64,000 nt of DNA from Heteronotia binoei (GCF_032191835.1 NC_083235.1:46376001-46440000), one strand, 5' to 3'. Positions 37,866 through 53,574 are shown, counted from the stretch's first letter. Notes: a model not told the origin generated them from the sequence alone. Program-made: numbers and translations.

Positions 37866-39632
37866 GCTATTTACATTGGCTTATGATCAGATAATATCAA
37901 GATGGGCATCATAGGACGGCTGACTTGATTTATTCAGGAATTATTGTTAACCTACACAACTATATATCTTAGATGTATGGGTAGAAATTAATGGAAAATA
38001 GTTTTTGCCCTTGTACCCACAGTTACATAGAATGACCCATTTACTCTTATCAGAGATTTCCAAAATAAAGAAAAAAAAGATGATTGAAGTATTTATTCCC
38101 AAAACATTCACTGATAGTACACTCAAGTAGCCACACCAGAGTGGACAAATGTAATGTTCCTGTAAAAACAACCACACCATCACAACCTGTTTTCCAGTAG
38201 TTCATACTAATAGTCTGGAAAAAAGAACAGAGGCACAGGAATGGAGAGAATCAGGCCCAAGCAAAGGGCCTTTAAAATATTCTTAAATATCGTTGGTTTA
38301 TGGCCATAGATCTACAATTACAAAAAATGTAAAACATTTGACTTTTAAGTAATTGTGTTAAAACTTGGGCAAACGTTTTAAAATCCCATCCTATTCTCAA
38401 AGTTTACAATTTCATTTACAATGTAGGTCATAACTCATGTTCCTCCAGGCCACTAACTGCTATAGCTTTTTAAAAGCCCTTGGAGCCCCTCACCTTGGGT
38501 AGACCCTTCAGTTTCTCAGGTGGGAGTGGAGGCCTGGCCAAAGAGGAGCACAGAGCTCAAGAACTGAGAATGCTCCAGAGACCCTTGCCGTGTCTCAGGG
38601 GAGTGTGAGAATAATACTTTCTTCACATAAGGCTTGGAAAGGCCAGAAACAACATGCAACATCTCTGAGGACCTTGCACTAAATAAGAACAAAGATGGCG
38701 GCACAGGTTCCTGGTTGGCGCTTTAATGTGCCAAGGAGCCAGTGACCATCTGACCCACTAAACTGTGATGCCAGCCACATTGAAGTGTACTGGAATAAAA
38801 ACATACAATCTAATTTAGCCATCTAGCACAAAAACAACAATAAAGTGTTAGTTTTTCAGAACAATTAAAAACCTGCTTGTCAGTTTCCCCACACTTCTAA
38901 TCTAACATCATTACATCTATGGAATGGAAGCCTACCCACAGGATGCTTCAAGCTATCAAAAATGTCTTTGTGGAAAAAAACAACACGTGATCTTATTGGT
39001 GACCTAGAGATAGTATTAGTTTGGCTTGGAAAAGGTTGCATAAATTTGTGTGCGATTTGCTATACCCCTTTCCCATGTAAAAGATATTCTGAGAGCTAAG
39101 CACTTCATAGATATTCAAGCATAGCTGTCTTTTTGTTCGCAACCTTAAAACGATTCAATCCAGGATAGTTTCACAAACCTCACTACGAATCTACCATGTC
39201 AATAAATGGTTTTTAAGGATTGCAGAAGTCTAAATGGAGCTAAATTCAAGGACACATGCCCATAAGGCAGGGAAGTGATATGAGCAGATAAATGGTGTGA
39301 CAAAAATCAGACAAAGATGAAAGAGTAATTGTGCCAATTTCCTGCAGAGAATGAAAATGTTGTATACATGTGTAGGGAGTCCTGAAAAGTACAACTTTTA
39401 CATGAAATACAAATATAAATATGCTGAAGACTATATTCCTCACCCAGTGTTCAGCATCACATGTTAAAAGTACGTTTCAGTGGCTAAAATTAAGCTGGTT
39501 TCATAGTCTGTGCTCCAGCCTAGTGTCCATCTCTTCTCACTATCTACTGCTTGCCTCAGGGTTAGGTCAGTAGAAGGTAAAAAGGTAACAAGCAGATGGT
39601 AAAAGAAGAGCTGCCCTCTAGTCCTGCACCCA

Positions 39633-39830
<198 letters not shown>

Positions 39831-40174
39831 TTAAAAATAAGTATAGGAGAAAAACATTACTGAAACCATGGAGACTAAACCATTAAATTTTTCTGGGATA
39901 CATTCTGTGGAGTGATAAGGACTCTCAATACATTTAAAATCAGTCGGCTTAAGGACATCTAACTGCATAGAACTACTCCTATTCACAACACTACCTAGAT
40001 ATACAGGAATCAGAGAGGCATAGAAAGCCATGCAGCATACATTGCACTACTAGCAGGCTAAAGAATATAGCAAGATAATAACTCTTCCAAACCTGCTCCT
40101 GGCTAAACAAGTCATGTGCATCACTCACCTGAGAGCACTGAGTTTTCATTGCAATACTAAAGAGGGCTGCCTAC

Positions 40175-40244
40175 CTGCTGCTGCTGAGGAGGAGGGGCCT
40201 GGTACAGTTTGAGAGGCTGCAGGTGCTGAATTGTCATTCTGTGT
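40175..40244 (-). CDS. NABP2: NABP2 coding exon 5 (TQNDNSAPAASQTVPGPSSSAAA)
   Basis: 70-nt exon with CAG/GTAGGC boundaries; phases 0 to 1 fit the neighbours; resembles the human VQNDSNPSASQPTTGPS segment. Confidence 0.85.
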
Positions 40245-40445
40245 CTGGGGAAAACAATCAAAATTATTCACATATTCTGTCAAAGGCAGATGCTTCCCAG
40301 ATATAACTTTTTGATATGAAAATATGTATTTATTTATTTTGTTTACTTCATTTATAGCCTGCCTTCCTCACTAATATTCTAGGAGGATCACAAAATACAG
40401 AAAACCATTCAGTCAGCACAAGACCTCCAGTAACAATGCAGTAAG

Positions 40446-40731
40446 GAGCCCCATGGCGCAAAGTGGTAAAGCTACAGTACTGCAGTCCAAGCTCTGTTCA
40501 CGACCTGAGTTCGATCCTGGCAGAAGCTGGGTTCAGGTAGCTGGCTCAAGGTTGACTCAGCATTCCATCCTTTCGAGGTTGGTAAAATGAGTCCCCAGCT
40601 TGCTGGGGGTAAAGTGTAGATGACTGGGAAAGGCAATAGCAAACCACCCTGTAAAAAGTCGGCTATGAAAATGTTGTGATGCAACGTCATCCTAGAGTTG
40701 GAAACAACTGGTGCTTACATAGGGGACTACC
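40446..40731 (+). mobile_element. Sauria SINE
   Basis: tRNA-like head, Sauria body and GGGGACTACCT end; flanked by GCAGTA(A)GG direct repeats. Confidence 0.85.
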
Positions 40732-41645
40732 TGCAGTAGGACTAGGATTACAGAAATTAGGGAACAATGCAAACAAAACCATTGAAGATGTGGGAAACCA
40801 TAACTAATGTGGAAAGTGAGTTACCTTTGTAGCAAGACAGCACAAAAGTAGGATGATACAAACAATAAATATTGCAACAGATGACATTCCTGTTCCCTTA
40901 TAAAAGTACTCTCCTGGACTGTTCCATTATATTGCAGTTCTGATGCCTTCATAAAAAGTTCTGTTTTGCATAGAAGTGTGGAAGTCTTCTTGATGGTAAT
41001 AGCCTCTCAAAAGTATGACGTAAACCAAGCCAATTAGAAAAGGATCAGAAGGTAGAGCCCTAAAGCCTGGTCCTGGAACCGGCAGAGTTGCCAAGTCCAT
41101 AACCAGAGGAAGCTCCTGCATTTTTAAGAACTGCACAGAAAAAAAACCATTCAGTGCAGATTCTCCTTCTTACTGTAGCACCATGATAAAAGAAAGCACA
41201 CTCAATGAAGTGCCTCAATGAAGCACTACAGTGTTACACTTAAAGGCATAGATGTCCGCCCCCACCCCTCCCCAAATTGTGGATCTGGTAAATCTATGGG
41301 CATGTTTTCCAAACAGTTGTCCTGGTATCCAAAGCTTTGTGCTTTCATTCCTGAGATCTGGTTAATCTATCAGCAGGCTGTTCCATGGTATGTGTGGGAG
41401 AACAGAAAGAAACAGTGGAAGTGGGTGATAATGGGAATCAGGTGAAGGAATGTCTGTTGCATGGCTCTAGTAGAAGGAAAACTAGGATTTCAAGAGTATC
41501 CAGTTTTCGTGCGGCAACAGAAGATACAAAGGCACCCTGTGATGGAATAAAGAACAGCCCCAGGAGTGGGATACCCCATGGGGAAATCAGATACTTCCAC
41601 AATTTGAGCCAAAGTTACTTCACTTGTCAGCATCAACTAAGGCTA

Positions 41646-41985
<340 letters not shown>

Positions 41986-42265
41986 GTGGTCAATGGAGTG
42001 GTTAGGTATGGTTGACCATACCTTTCCTTCTTTCGCAAAGTATGCAAGTACAGGTATCACATGCTAACTAGTGGCAGTGACAATAGTTCCCAGAAACACC
42101 ATGTTTCAGATCTGTTTTAGGCTTAGACTTGCCAGACATCAGTAGATGCAAAATGTTTGACCATAATTTTTGCACTACAGGTTTTCATAATTCTTCTTTA
42201 AAGAGACACAAGCTCAAAGTGTCAGAATCAAACCCGGATAACACAGAGTTTTATTCAGTCTATGC

Positions 42266-43436
42266 CAGGGGTCCTCAACCTTTTTAAATAGGGGGCCAGT
42301 TCACTGTCCCTCAGACTGTTGGAGGGCCGGACTATAGTAAAAACAAAACTATGAACAAATTCCTATGCATGCTGCGTATATCTTATTTTGAAGTGAAGAA
42401 ACAAAACGGGAACAAATACAATATTTAAAATGAAGTAAAGTTAAATCAACAAACTTGCCAGTATTTCAATGGGAGTCACTTTGGAGAAGTCACTGTCTGT
42501 CAGCCAAGGGCTGGGGGAGGGGGAGGCGAGCTCCAGGTACGCCGCTTACTTTGACGGATGGGCACCGCCGATGCCACCAAAAGTCTGGAACACAGGCCAA
42601 GGTTTTTCCCCCCCCCAGGTGTTGTTCTCCTACACCTGTGCGTGCTTCCAGCCAGGCTGGGGGCAGCCACAATAGAGGTATCCCTGTCTGCATGCCTGTT
42701 TTCTCAACAACTCTTCACCACACACAACTATATCCCCCCACCCCGCAGAGCTTCCTCAGTGGCCCTTCCATGTGGCACCACTCGTGCTCCGAAGGGGGCA
42801 GTGCCTGAGCACGCCCCCCTCCCACTTCGCCCGGGTGTGCGCCCGAGACGCTTGCCTCCCTGTGCACCCCCAGCCCCAGACTCCGCACAACTTCTCCCAA
42901 AGTGAGGGAAAGAGAGCCGAGGCAGAACCCCTCCCCCTTTCCAGGTCAGTGCGGACGCGCCTGCTCGCGTCTCTCTCTCTGGAGCCTCTGACCTTGGACT
43001 GCTCCGCTTGCGCCGACCGCCACCTAACGCTGCGGGTCCGAAACAATACAGGGGCACGTGCGGCAGCTTCCTTCCTCCCTCTCTCCTTCCCTCGGCATCT
43101 GCAACTTCACTTCGCCCGTCAGCGCATGCCCTGCCCGCCTCCCTCACCCTCCTCCTCGCCCCAACGGCTCCTGCCTCGTGCGAGCCCCTCCGCTCACCTC
43201 ACCTGCTGCTGCCGCCGCCTCTCTCCCCGCGCAGTTTCGTGCCCAGCTCTCGCGGCTCCCCAGAGGGGTAAGGAATGAGCATCCGCAAGGTTAAAAATAA
43301 AAGTTTGATTCAAGTTCCTGGGACTTGCCAGAGCAGGAGGGAGGCGCTGCCAAATCCAGGGGAGGGACCTGGCGGGCCGCATAAACGTCCTCAGCGGGCC
43401 GCATCTGTCCCGCGGGCCATAGGTTGAGGACCCCTG
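42266..43436. mobile_element. 1.17-kb non-autonomous hAT element with a GC/CpG-rich interior
   Basis: Perfect TIRs CAGGGGTCCTCAACCT / AGGTTGAGGACCCCTG; exact TSD GTCTATGC (42258-42265, 43437-43444). Confidence 0.92.
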
Positions 43437-44179
43437 GTCTATGCTGTCAGAGTGATAAGGACTAGAACTATTCAGTTCATTACTAAAAGGGAAAGTGGGT
43501 GACAGAGATGGGTAGTGACAGCTCTGCCAGTGAACTTCTGTTAAAGGTAAGAATATCACTGAAGACCTGACTCCAGTTACACACATGCTCTAGATACCCC
43601 CATGTACACAGATGACCCAATTAACAAAGTGGCATGATTCAAGCAGTAATTTATTTTTTAGACTTAGGTAAATTATACCGTGGGATTTTTCAAATAACTA
43701 TTTAGGGAACTCTGGGACTAAATTGTAAGGGGAAATAATACACAATGTACCTCAGAATGCATAGTCACAATGTGTAATCCAAATGGACACTACTGAGTCT
43801 ATTCTATAAAACAGAAGTCCTGCAGAATTAGCAATGCAAGTCTAAGCAAGGCGTGTAATTTTGTTTTGGATAGCACTGGACCTTTGTTCTATAGCTATGG
43901 AGCTTTATGGTTCGGAAGCCAGACCAGCCTCTCAAGATTCAGAACAAATGCGAAATAAAACTGAAAACTTTACCATAATGTAAGCTACACACAAACACCG
44001 TAGATACATTCTACTCTAGAAGTGTGGGGGAGTTCATTCCATTACTTCAGAGTAGATTACACTCTCTATAACAACACTATTGTTTGAGCAAAACTAGGCT
44101 TTGCATCTGAACTAACCAAGCCCATCTACCCCATCTCCAACACTTGAAAGCAATTTTGGGATAAGCTATATAAGTCTTA

Positions 44180-44281
<102 letters not shown>

Positions 44282-45460
44282 TCAGCAGCACAAAAGCCCT
44301 CCAACATGGTATATATACTAAACACACAATATAACATCTGATTTTGGTTGCCCTCAGAGCATTGGATGGCTAACTACACCATTAGCTCACCTGGTTTCTG
44401 ATTTATATCAGTGGAGCTGCAGTCCTGTATAATAATGCATGCAATCTGACGACAATTCACAGTGCCATCCTAAGCAGATACACCCTTCTAAGTACGCTGA
44501 AGTAAACAGGCTAGCAAGCAACTTTGCTTAGAGTGGGATGGTACAGATGTTCTTTAAGTCTCATTGAAGTCGGTAAGACTTAAAACACTCCTAACTTGTT
44601 CTCACATAGGTCCAACATGCTTGCAGGAAAATCAAGTGCCCAGTTCATCAGAGCTGGCTCTAGAAAATGGCAAAATTGTTCATTTACCAGGGCTTCAAGG
44701 CTCGCAAAGGGTCCACTCTTCTACCAAGGCTGTCATTTTCACTCTGAACTTCACAGGTGCTCCATGTGAGAGATTCCTACTTGCACAAACTACATCTTTC
44801 AGGTTAAGGGGTCCATTGCTAGATGGCCCCCCAAATCATGGATGCAGCACTGCATTGCATTCTGGATCATTTCAGACACAACAATAAGACAGTGAAAGGC
44901 AAGGGTTTCTGCTTAGAAAAATGCTAGCTTTAAAATTCAGCCTGCTTATCTACCTAAAACAGTTAGGCCAGAATATGTATCCAGAATGCATGCTTGATTA
45001 TCAAGAGCAGGCTGGGAAGAGAAAATGGCCCTGAAACAAGCCAAGCTAAGCAGCTTTTCACATTGCAGGGGCTCAGCGGTGCCAGCAATGGCCATTAGCT
45101 CATCCACTGCTTCCTCCAGTTACTACTACTGATTATCGGAGTCAAGTGGCCCCTGAGATGTTGGCAGAGTTGCCGGGGCTCGGCAGTGCTCACGCCTGGC
45201 CACCAGAGGTCTTCTATGTCAGTGACTCACTAGGAAATTTCCCCATAACCAAAATGGTCAGTCTGCCCCAGTTGGTAACTTTGGCAGGAAGGTGCTGCAC
45301 ACAATTGCAAAATGTTTTTATCACCATCATGTTTCCAAACATTGTCAATTTTATTAAGGCATCTTAGTTACTATGTATAGTTTTACTTCTTCAAGTTGTC
45401 CCCACAGTTATTTGGGATGGATTCAAATACCACAGTTATTTGGGATGGATTCAAATATGA

Positions 45461-45560
45461 GCAAGAATGAACAGGAACGCAGTTCCAGCTGGCTTGGCAC
45501 CAGGGGTGTGGCCTAATATGCAAATGAGCTCCTGCTGGGCTTTTTGTACAAATAAAGACC
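45461..45560. mobile_element. Octamer-containing MITE fragment
   Basis: Reverse complement of 31791-31920; ATGCAAAT at 45518-45525. Confidence 0.65.
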
Positions 45561-47894
45561 CCCTCCAACCAGCTCCAAGGCCTAAGTCAAGGTGGTGCAA
45601 AAGAAGTGAAGTGCTTGCCTGGCTGCACACAATCCCCTTCCAGAGCCAGGCAGTGAGAACAATCTTTCTTTGTAAGATCCTGGCTAAAGCACAGTGCAAC
45701 CGCAGGAGCTCAATGCCTGTTAACAGGGCAGCTGAGCCTGTTTACTTCTCACCCTGCTTAGGCTGAGGCTTGGGAAAGGTGCCTTGGCTTATTAATTGGT
45801 CCACTAGGCACATGCCTATGTTCCAGCTCCTTACCTCCAGCTGTAGCCAGCACTCAAGTCTCACTATCCAAGCCTGTGGTCACTCCCACTCAAGGAGACC
45901 TGACTAGCCATGCCTTCAGAATACAGGGCACTGTCCTTGTTTTGTGTCTGTTCTCTTACAATGGTTTTAGACATGAGAACAACCGTTGGTGCAATCATGG
46001 ATCATAAGAGCAATATGTGCATCACCTCTCCAGAATTAATCCACACAAAACTTGAAAGGGATCAAAAGTCCCTTAACGCACTTCTGTATTTGTCTGGGCA
46101 TATGAAGGGAAGGCATACGCACCACTAGCTCTTTAGCACACATGGTTGGCTTTCTTCCCATATGCCTGGGCCGTTTTCCCATGAGTTCCTTGTTCTGTGC
46201 TAAAGCCACTGTGCTCTTAGGCTCTGGATGTTCAAAGACTGCCATCCAAAAGAACATTAAAAACTGCTGTCATGGATCAGATCAAAGATCCATCTTACCC
46301 AACATTCTGTTTCTGACAGTGGCCCAGCAAAAGTCTCTAAGAAGCTTACATTCAGGGCATGAAGGCAATCACTGTTTGTTCTTTACATCCGGTAGTCAGA
46401 AGGGATGAAGGGGGTGCTCTAAAAACTGCTGCTTTTTATGCTATCACTTCAGTAGTGTGACATGAAATCAAAGTACAGAGAAGGTACTGAAAAGGTCACT
46501 GAAGGTCTTTTCAGAAGCCTCCACATGATTGTGCTAGTGTGCAATGATTGTGGTAGTGTGCATGATTGTGGTGTGCAAGGAATAAAAAATGCTAGTGCTG
46601 GTAACTATCCATCCCCAAATGGCAGGCTTGATCCTGCCCTGAATGTTACTGTTCTGTTCAAAATTTCCACTTTTCCAAGCAACACCTCTCATCCTAGTCA
46701 GAGAACCAGAACTAGGAAAACTGGGAAGGGCATTGAAACCTAATATGCATCATAAGAAATTTAGCTGCTAAACAAATTGCTCAAGGACAAACTGACAGTA
46801 CAATCCTGTGCATTGTTTCTTACTAAACCTACTGAAATTAATGGGATGTGACTATATCTCTATATAGGCTAATCATATAGACATAATACTTTTAAAAATT
46901 ATGCTGGTTTAGGGGCTATGAAGCAGCATGTACTGCTAATCTAAACAGTACCACAATGGTTATCTTTTTGAAAAAGCTTTAATTATAATAAATTAAAATG
47001 CAGCAAAGCTAGTAAAAATAGGCCACTTGAAGCTGAATGCAACTTCAACCATTATCTTTTTCCTGAGATCTCTCTGTGCAGGAAAATGCAAGTATTTTTT
47101 AACAGAAGAAAGGTTGGCTTAGTTTTTTTGTTCTACAAGCACACCTATCAGATGGCCAATACATGCCATGACTGCTGGTGTGCCTATGGTGAACTGTGTC
47201 CATTAGGAAATGGTGTCCATTAAGAAAAAGTAAGGGTCCATGTACATCTGAGAATCACCTTTCCTTGTTACTAATTAAAAGATTGTACCATGGTTAAGTA
47301 AGTGAGATAAGCCACAGAATCACATGCTTCCTGCTCGTCCCACCCTTCAGTCCATCCCCCCTTCAGTATGACTTCCTCCACTGAAATGAACCATTATGAT
47401 TGGGCCAGTTGCCAAGCCATCATTCATACAAACTAGGTTTTGTTATCCATAGCTGAAGAGTGAGCCTTGGTTAGCAGTAACAACCGTGACAACAGAGCCA
47501 TGTTTAGGGTTAGTGAGGATAATTTGTGCACAAGGAGAAGGTTTTGTAAGGTGGGAGCATGCCATCAGGTGGTTTGCTCTAAATGCCATGCTCAAAGGCC
47601 AAGCCATATTACATCTGCAGTGACCCAGACAGGAGAAAAAATTAAACTTTTAAAGCTTTGTCTTCGTTTTGCAAAGGGAGAACTCATAATTGAAAAACCA
47701 GTTCCCAGCTGAGTTTTGGTAACTAAGAGAAAAATCCATCACTTTCTCTTCCTTCTTCCCCTTCTCCCTCACACACATACACAGAGACAGAGGGAAAAGA
47801 TGAGCAGAAAACCACCATTTCAGCCCAGTCCTAAATATAAGTTCCACTGTATTCAACAGAAGTTGCCTCCAAGGAATTGTAAATAGGACTAGAG

Positions 47895-48189
47895 CAAGGG
47901 TGGCTAAACTTGCTTAACGTAAGAGCCACATAGAATAGACATCAGAAGTTTGAGAGCCGCAAGACATGAATGTCAGAAGTTGGAGGGAGGGAGGGAGGGG
48001 GGAAGGGAAGGGGGGGTAGAAAGAAAGCAACTTAACTTTTAATGCATTCTCCAAGTCGCTGGCTGGTGTGGCCTGGAGACATGATTTAAAGAGACAAGCT
48101 GGCAAACGGGGGGTGGGGGGCTTTTAGAGCCACACAATATGTGTGAAAGAGCCACATGTGGCTCCCAAGCCATAGTTTGGCTACCCCTG
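47895..48189. mobile_element. hAT MITE (same family as 36183-36494)
   Basis: TIRs CAAGGGTGGCTAAAC / GTTTGGCTACCCCTG; shared body; degenerate TSD GACTAGAG/GTCTAGGA. Confidence 0.8.
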
Positions 48190-48250
48190 GTCTAGGAGTC
48201 TCTCAAACAGATTTCAAACAGATGCTTCTTTCTTAGCAGTCTTTCAGCTA

Positions 48251-48490
<240 letters not shown>

Positions 48491-48684
48491 TTAAGAGGAT
48501 GTTGCTGTTTTTATACTGAAACAACAAGAGTTCTATCCCAGCCCCAAACCCATGGAAGCTGTTAGAAGCCTCACTTTACCCCAGAAACAAACAAAAACAG
48601 AGAAGAAAGTGAGCTGTAAAATGTATTGCCTCTCAACAACAACATTCAGTACAAAACAGTAACAAATATAGAATTGGAAGGGAC

Positions 48685-48855
48685 TGCCTGGGGCTTAGTA
48701 GTAGAGCATCTGCTTTATAATCGGAAGGTTCCAGGTTCAGTCTCCATCATCTTCAGTTAAAAGGATTATGCAAAATACTTCTGCTAGAGACCTTGGAGAG
48801 CCACTGCCCAATTATCAGAATTGATAATACTGACATTGATTCAGTATAAGGCGAT
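48685..48855 (+). mobile_element. Squam2-like tRNA SINE, degraded
   Basis: GCTTAGTAGTAGAGCATCTGC...GGTTCCAGGTTCAG head and TTCAGTATAAGGC end. Confidence 0.6.
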
Positions 48856-50192
48856 AGACTGACGTGCAATGTTCACTAACAAATGAGGTGAGAATATTCT
48901 GACATAAATGCTAATTGGCAATAACCAGTGGTCAGGATAGAATAACCTTTTTCTGAATCCACAGAATATACTACTATACTGAAAACAGAAATCTCTGTAT
49001 AGGGCTATACACTCAGCATGATGGGAAGCTAGCCTACTTACCCAATTCACAGAGTTTTATTTATCAGTATGTAACTATTATAGTAATCATGCAATATCTT
49101 CACTATTTTGACCGTAAACAGAAGAAAGTCTATACACAACCATCATTACCTAAGAAAGATAACATTGTATCACACTATCCCTGCATGCAGAAAGGAGAAA
49201 CATACTGGAATATCCATGAAGGCATCCAATGTTTCTAAATAGCAATGTGTTAGGGAAGTCATCCCAATCTGAATTAGGCCCACAGATTTTAACTTGTTCC
49301 TTCCAATGTCATTTTCTTCCATTCCGATGACTCCCTTTGCCTTGCTGGAGGCAACATACTGCTTGCCTATCTATTTCCCCCAATGGAAAAAATAGTTACT
49401 CTAAGATGCCATTTGAGGTCTGAGAAAACAGCACAAGCAACTCACTATCCTGGCCTGTAAACTGCTGCCTCATTTACGTAATTCTACCTGCAGGGCTTTA
49501 ACTTTACCCCCTACCTAGAGATGATATAAAGACCTGCTATATGGGACTGGGAAGGGAGAAGATGCTTACTGCCTTAGTTTGCAGACTGCCACCTCTTCAG
49601 TTCATCTGCATAAGTCTAGTTACCCCACTTTACAGTGGAGGGAAATCTGCACCAAGACTTGCCACTGGCCCTAGACCTCTTCATCTCTAGCAGCCACAGT
49701 TTGGACGTGATGACTGGCCCAGCTGCTAGGAGTAAGGTACCTACCTCCCCAGGGTTTTAAATTGCCACCACCTCCTAAAGTGCCAACATGGCTGGGTCTG
49801 TGATGTGCTCCCACACAACTATTCTTTGGCTCAGCAGATATTTTGTTTTGATGTAGGTGGGCAGTATTGCCCCCATTGCCGGTTCTAGAGCTTTTTCGCA
49901 ATTGCTAAACCAAGCTTTTGAGATCAAAGGGATATCAAGAAGGGTTTAAAAACCAGCCTGAATTTTACAACTCAAATGTGAGAAGTTGATTTCTTGATGG
50001 ATTTGGCTTCTGAGTAATTGTACTGTGATTTTAAAGTTTGTAAGCCACTTTTAAGTCTCTAATGCAGGAGAAAAGTGGCATATAAGTATTTTAAATAACC
50101 AAAAACCTTCACTTCCATACTTTAATCCCAACCCAAATCACAGATACATACACCCAAACTGCTATTTACTAATAAAAAAACATACTGGAGAT

Positions 50193-50384
50193 CAGTGTTC
50201 CCTCTAAACTGAGTTCATGTGAGCTAGCTCACAATTTTTTAGCCTCCAGTTTACATTTTTGTCTCAGCTCAGGAAAAATGACCCAAGAGCAAACTAATTT
50301 ATGCAGTAGCTCACAACTTTAATGTCAGTAGCTCACAAAGTAGAATTTTTGCTCACAAGATTTCACAGCTTAGAGGGAACATTG
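50193..50384. mobile_element. hAT MITE
   Basis: TIRs CAGTGTTCCCTCTA / TAGAGGGAACATTG; exact TSD CTGGAGAT; repeated AGCTCAC motifs inside. Confidence 0.88.
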
Positions 50385-50541
50385 CTGGAGATCTGCTGGG
50401 AAATCTTCTAAAATCTTTTGTCACATTTGACCTATAGTCACATGCTCATAAATAAGATGTTTATGAAACATAAATGAACTGGCCTCCCTTCTAATCCCTA
50501 CAAGATTTTAAAAAACCAAACTAACCATAACAAGCTTTTTA

Positions 50542-50793
<252 letters not shown>

Positions 50794-51660
50794 TCATGGT
50801 CTTCATTTATGAAAGGTTCTATTGAATAGATTCCCCTCTGCCATCCAGTTCCTGACCTCCAATAGTAGAACATTAAAAACCTATCATACGCAACTTGCAT
50901 CATGTTACTTTTATCAACCCAGTGCAATTTAGTCTCCTCCCATTCTCACTGAAAGGAAATTTCTTCAGCTCTAAAACTTACATAGGATCATACCATATTT
51001 TTTGAAGTGATGCTAATCTTGAAATGTGTCTACTTTGTATATCATAACACAATAAAGAAGTGAAAGAGACTAAGTTCTGGTCAACATGGCCCTTCAGTTT
51101 CTAAGCAGATGAAATTCAAATACTGATTTTAGAGCTGTGTAGCTCAGATCTCTGCTCTAGAAGATATATTCTGAAACAGGGATTGCTAGCTTGGCAAGAG
51201 TTCCACATGTCAAGTCCAAATGGCAGCACTCTATCATACATCATACCCCGCACACACAGTGTAGTTTCATATCTTGTCTAATATTCCAAGAATCAAGCAC
51301 ACCATATTACTAGAAGGCATGCAGGAATACAGGTCTGATGCTTTATACCGCAAAATTATAGGACTTATGTTCAGGCATGTCACAAATCTGTATTGCCTGT
51401 GCTACATGCACACCATGCTATGAACTGACCACCCATGGCCTGGGAAGTTACTTGTTTGAACTACTCTTAACACCCCCGTCCCCATCCAGCATGCAAGGTG
51501 CTGATAACACTTCCACCCAGCAGAAATACTATATGGAGGCTGTAACTATTACAATCTGTTTGCCATATGGATCATCACTATATGAAAATTATATTCAGCG
51601 GCCTTCCCGCAAGGACTAACATTATGATGTCTACAGTCTACCCAAAGTCTAACAGAAGAT

Positions 51661-51947
51661 AAAGGTAAAGGTAGTCCCCAGTGCAAGCACCAGTCATTTT
51701 CGACTCCGGGGTGATGTTGCTTTTATAACGTTTTCATGGCAGACTTTTTACGGGGTGGTTTGCCATTTCCTTTCCCAGTCATCTACACTTTCCCCCCAGC
51801 AAGCTGGGTACTAATTTTACCGACCTCAGAAGGATGGAAGGCTGAGTCGACCTGGAGCCGGCTACCTGAACTAGCTTTTGCTGGGATCGAACTCAGGTCA
51901 TGAGCAGAGGGCTCTGACTGCAGTACTGCAGCTTTACCACTCTGACC
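51661..51947 (-). mobile_element. Sauria SINE
   Basis: (AAAGGT)n reverse tail and a full Sauria body. Confidence 0.88.
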
Positions 51948-53574
51948 ATACAGCTAGAACATTTCAGATATTCCTGCAGCATTCTATGAAACATTTAGAA
52001 ATCACAACTATAACATACAAGTTACTATCTCAACTTCCCTCTCCATTGTCCTAAATAAAAAACAAAATGTAAAATAAAAATGCCAGTTTGCTCATTTCCA
52101 AGCTCATGTTTTGGATTTCTTCTTTTAGTATTTTGGCACTAGAAAAACATTAATGCTGCATTTATTTGACCCCCAATTGTCTTTTTAAGCTTTTCGCCTC
52201 AGACATAAAATTACATTTTCCAGGAGATGTTATTTTTATTTATATATTTTAAAAATAATTTTAGTTAGAAACACATATGTAAACAAAGTACAGATCTCTG
52301 AATACATAACACTGATTCAGTGAGACGTGTGGGCTGTAACAAATATTTTGATCCATAATTCCGTGAGGCAAGCAGAGTATAAATAAAATTTGCCAGCTCA
52401 CTAAATGGTTATAATATAAATGACACATCTTGATTTAGCTTGCCCATATAAATATCCAAAAAATTAGCATGGTCCTACTGTCATAAGCAAAAACTTCTCA
52501 TGGCTGTTCCTGCAATTTAGTAAGTAAACAATGATTTATAATAACATTGTTTCTGTAATTCCTCAAAATATAAATACCTATACCACACGAGATTGCTCAG
52601 AGCAGCTCACAGAAAACACAGATAAATGCTCTCTGTAGTCTCTTCTTTCCAGAACTTTATGAACATGGCCCAACATTCTGTAAACTTATTTGAAAAGGCA
52701 GAAGGGCTTCTTAATGTTGTCTGGCATTAATTTAATAAGCAATACATACAAAAAGAACAAGGATTATTTTAGTATCCACAAAAAGGGTTAAAACAGATCC
52801 CAAATCTGACAAAATAATGTAATATTTAATATAACCAAATAATATAACTTTTGGACCATGAGGTAAGCTAATATTTAGAATATAATTAATTGATTAAAAA
52901 TCCCAAAGATTCTGTATTTTTGCACAACTCTAAAAGATACAAAGCTAGCACAACAACAATCTTGTACATTCCTGTATATCAAAGCCAGCCTATTTGGAGT
53001 AAGACGTCACTAAAACAAATTCTCCCTCAATTTTGTGAACATAAGTCTAGGCAAAGCAACCATTTCCACTCCTCTGGTCTAATGTTTATCTGTAAATCCC
53101 GATTCTAGTTTTATGGTAACAGGTAAAAGAGACCTCAGTGTTTTTAAGCAAAAGAGCATATATATTTGCAAATAGATCCTCTATCATTATCTTTAGTCAG
53201 CACAAAAAGAAAAAAAGAAAAGCTCACTCCGACAACCCAAGATTAATCCAAAAAAATCCCTCACGAAACCAAGAATACAAAACATTGGCATCAGTGTAAT
53301 AAAAGCCCCATCTGATTAAAATCTTAGGACGTACAAAATCATAATTTTTAACTACTTGGTTTCCACATGAACATAGACTAGATCAGCATGTATCAGAACA
53401 ATCATTGAATAAGCACTTATTTGTACTATTGTCCAGCAATTCAAATTTTGAATAAAATAGGATAGTACAGGGTCACTTAAATTTTATCATATCAAAAACC
53501 CAACTACAACTGAGTACTACCACTAGAACTATGTTCTTAATAAGAATTTAAATACTAGCTGTAGTGGTGCATAT

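Noticed and set aside
40927-41136. Short minus-strand ORF and exon-like segment in NABP2 intron 4
   Set aside because: No recognisable homology, and NABP2 exon phases already join correctly without it.
42455-43586. Cluster of overlapping ORFs of 60-168 aa on both strands
   Set aside because: Explained by the GC-rich interior of the hAT element; no transposase or other motifs.
45402-45457. Exact 28-bp tandem duplication; similar small duplications at about 7040-7075 and 16455-16575
   Set aside because: Ordinary slippage duplications with two units and no spacers; not CRISPR-like.
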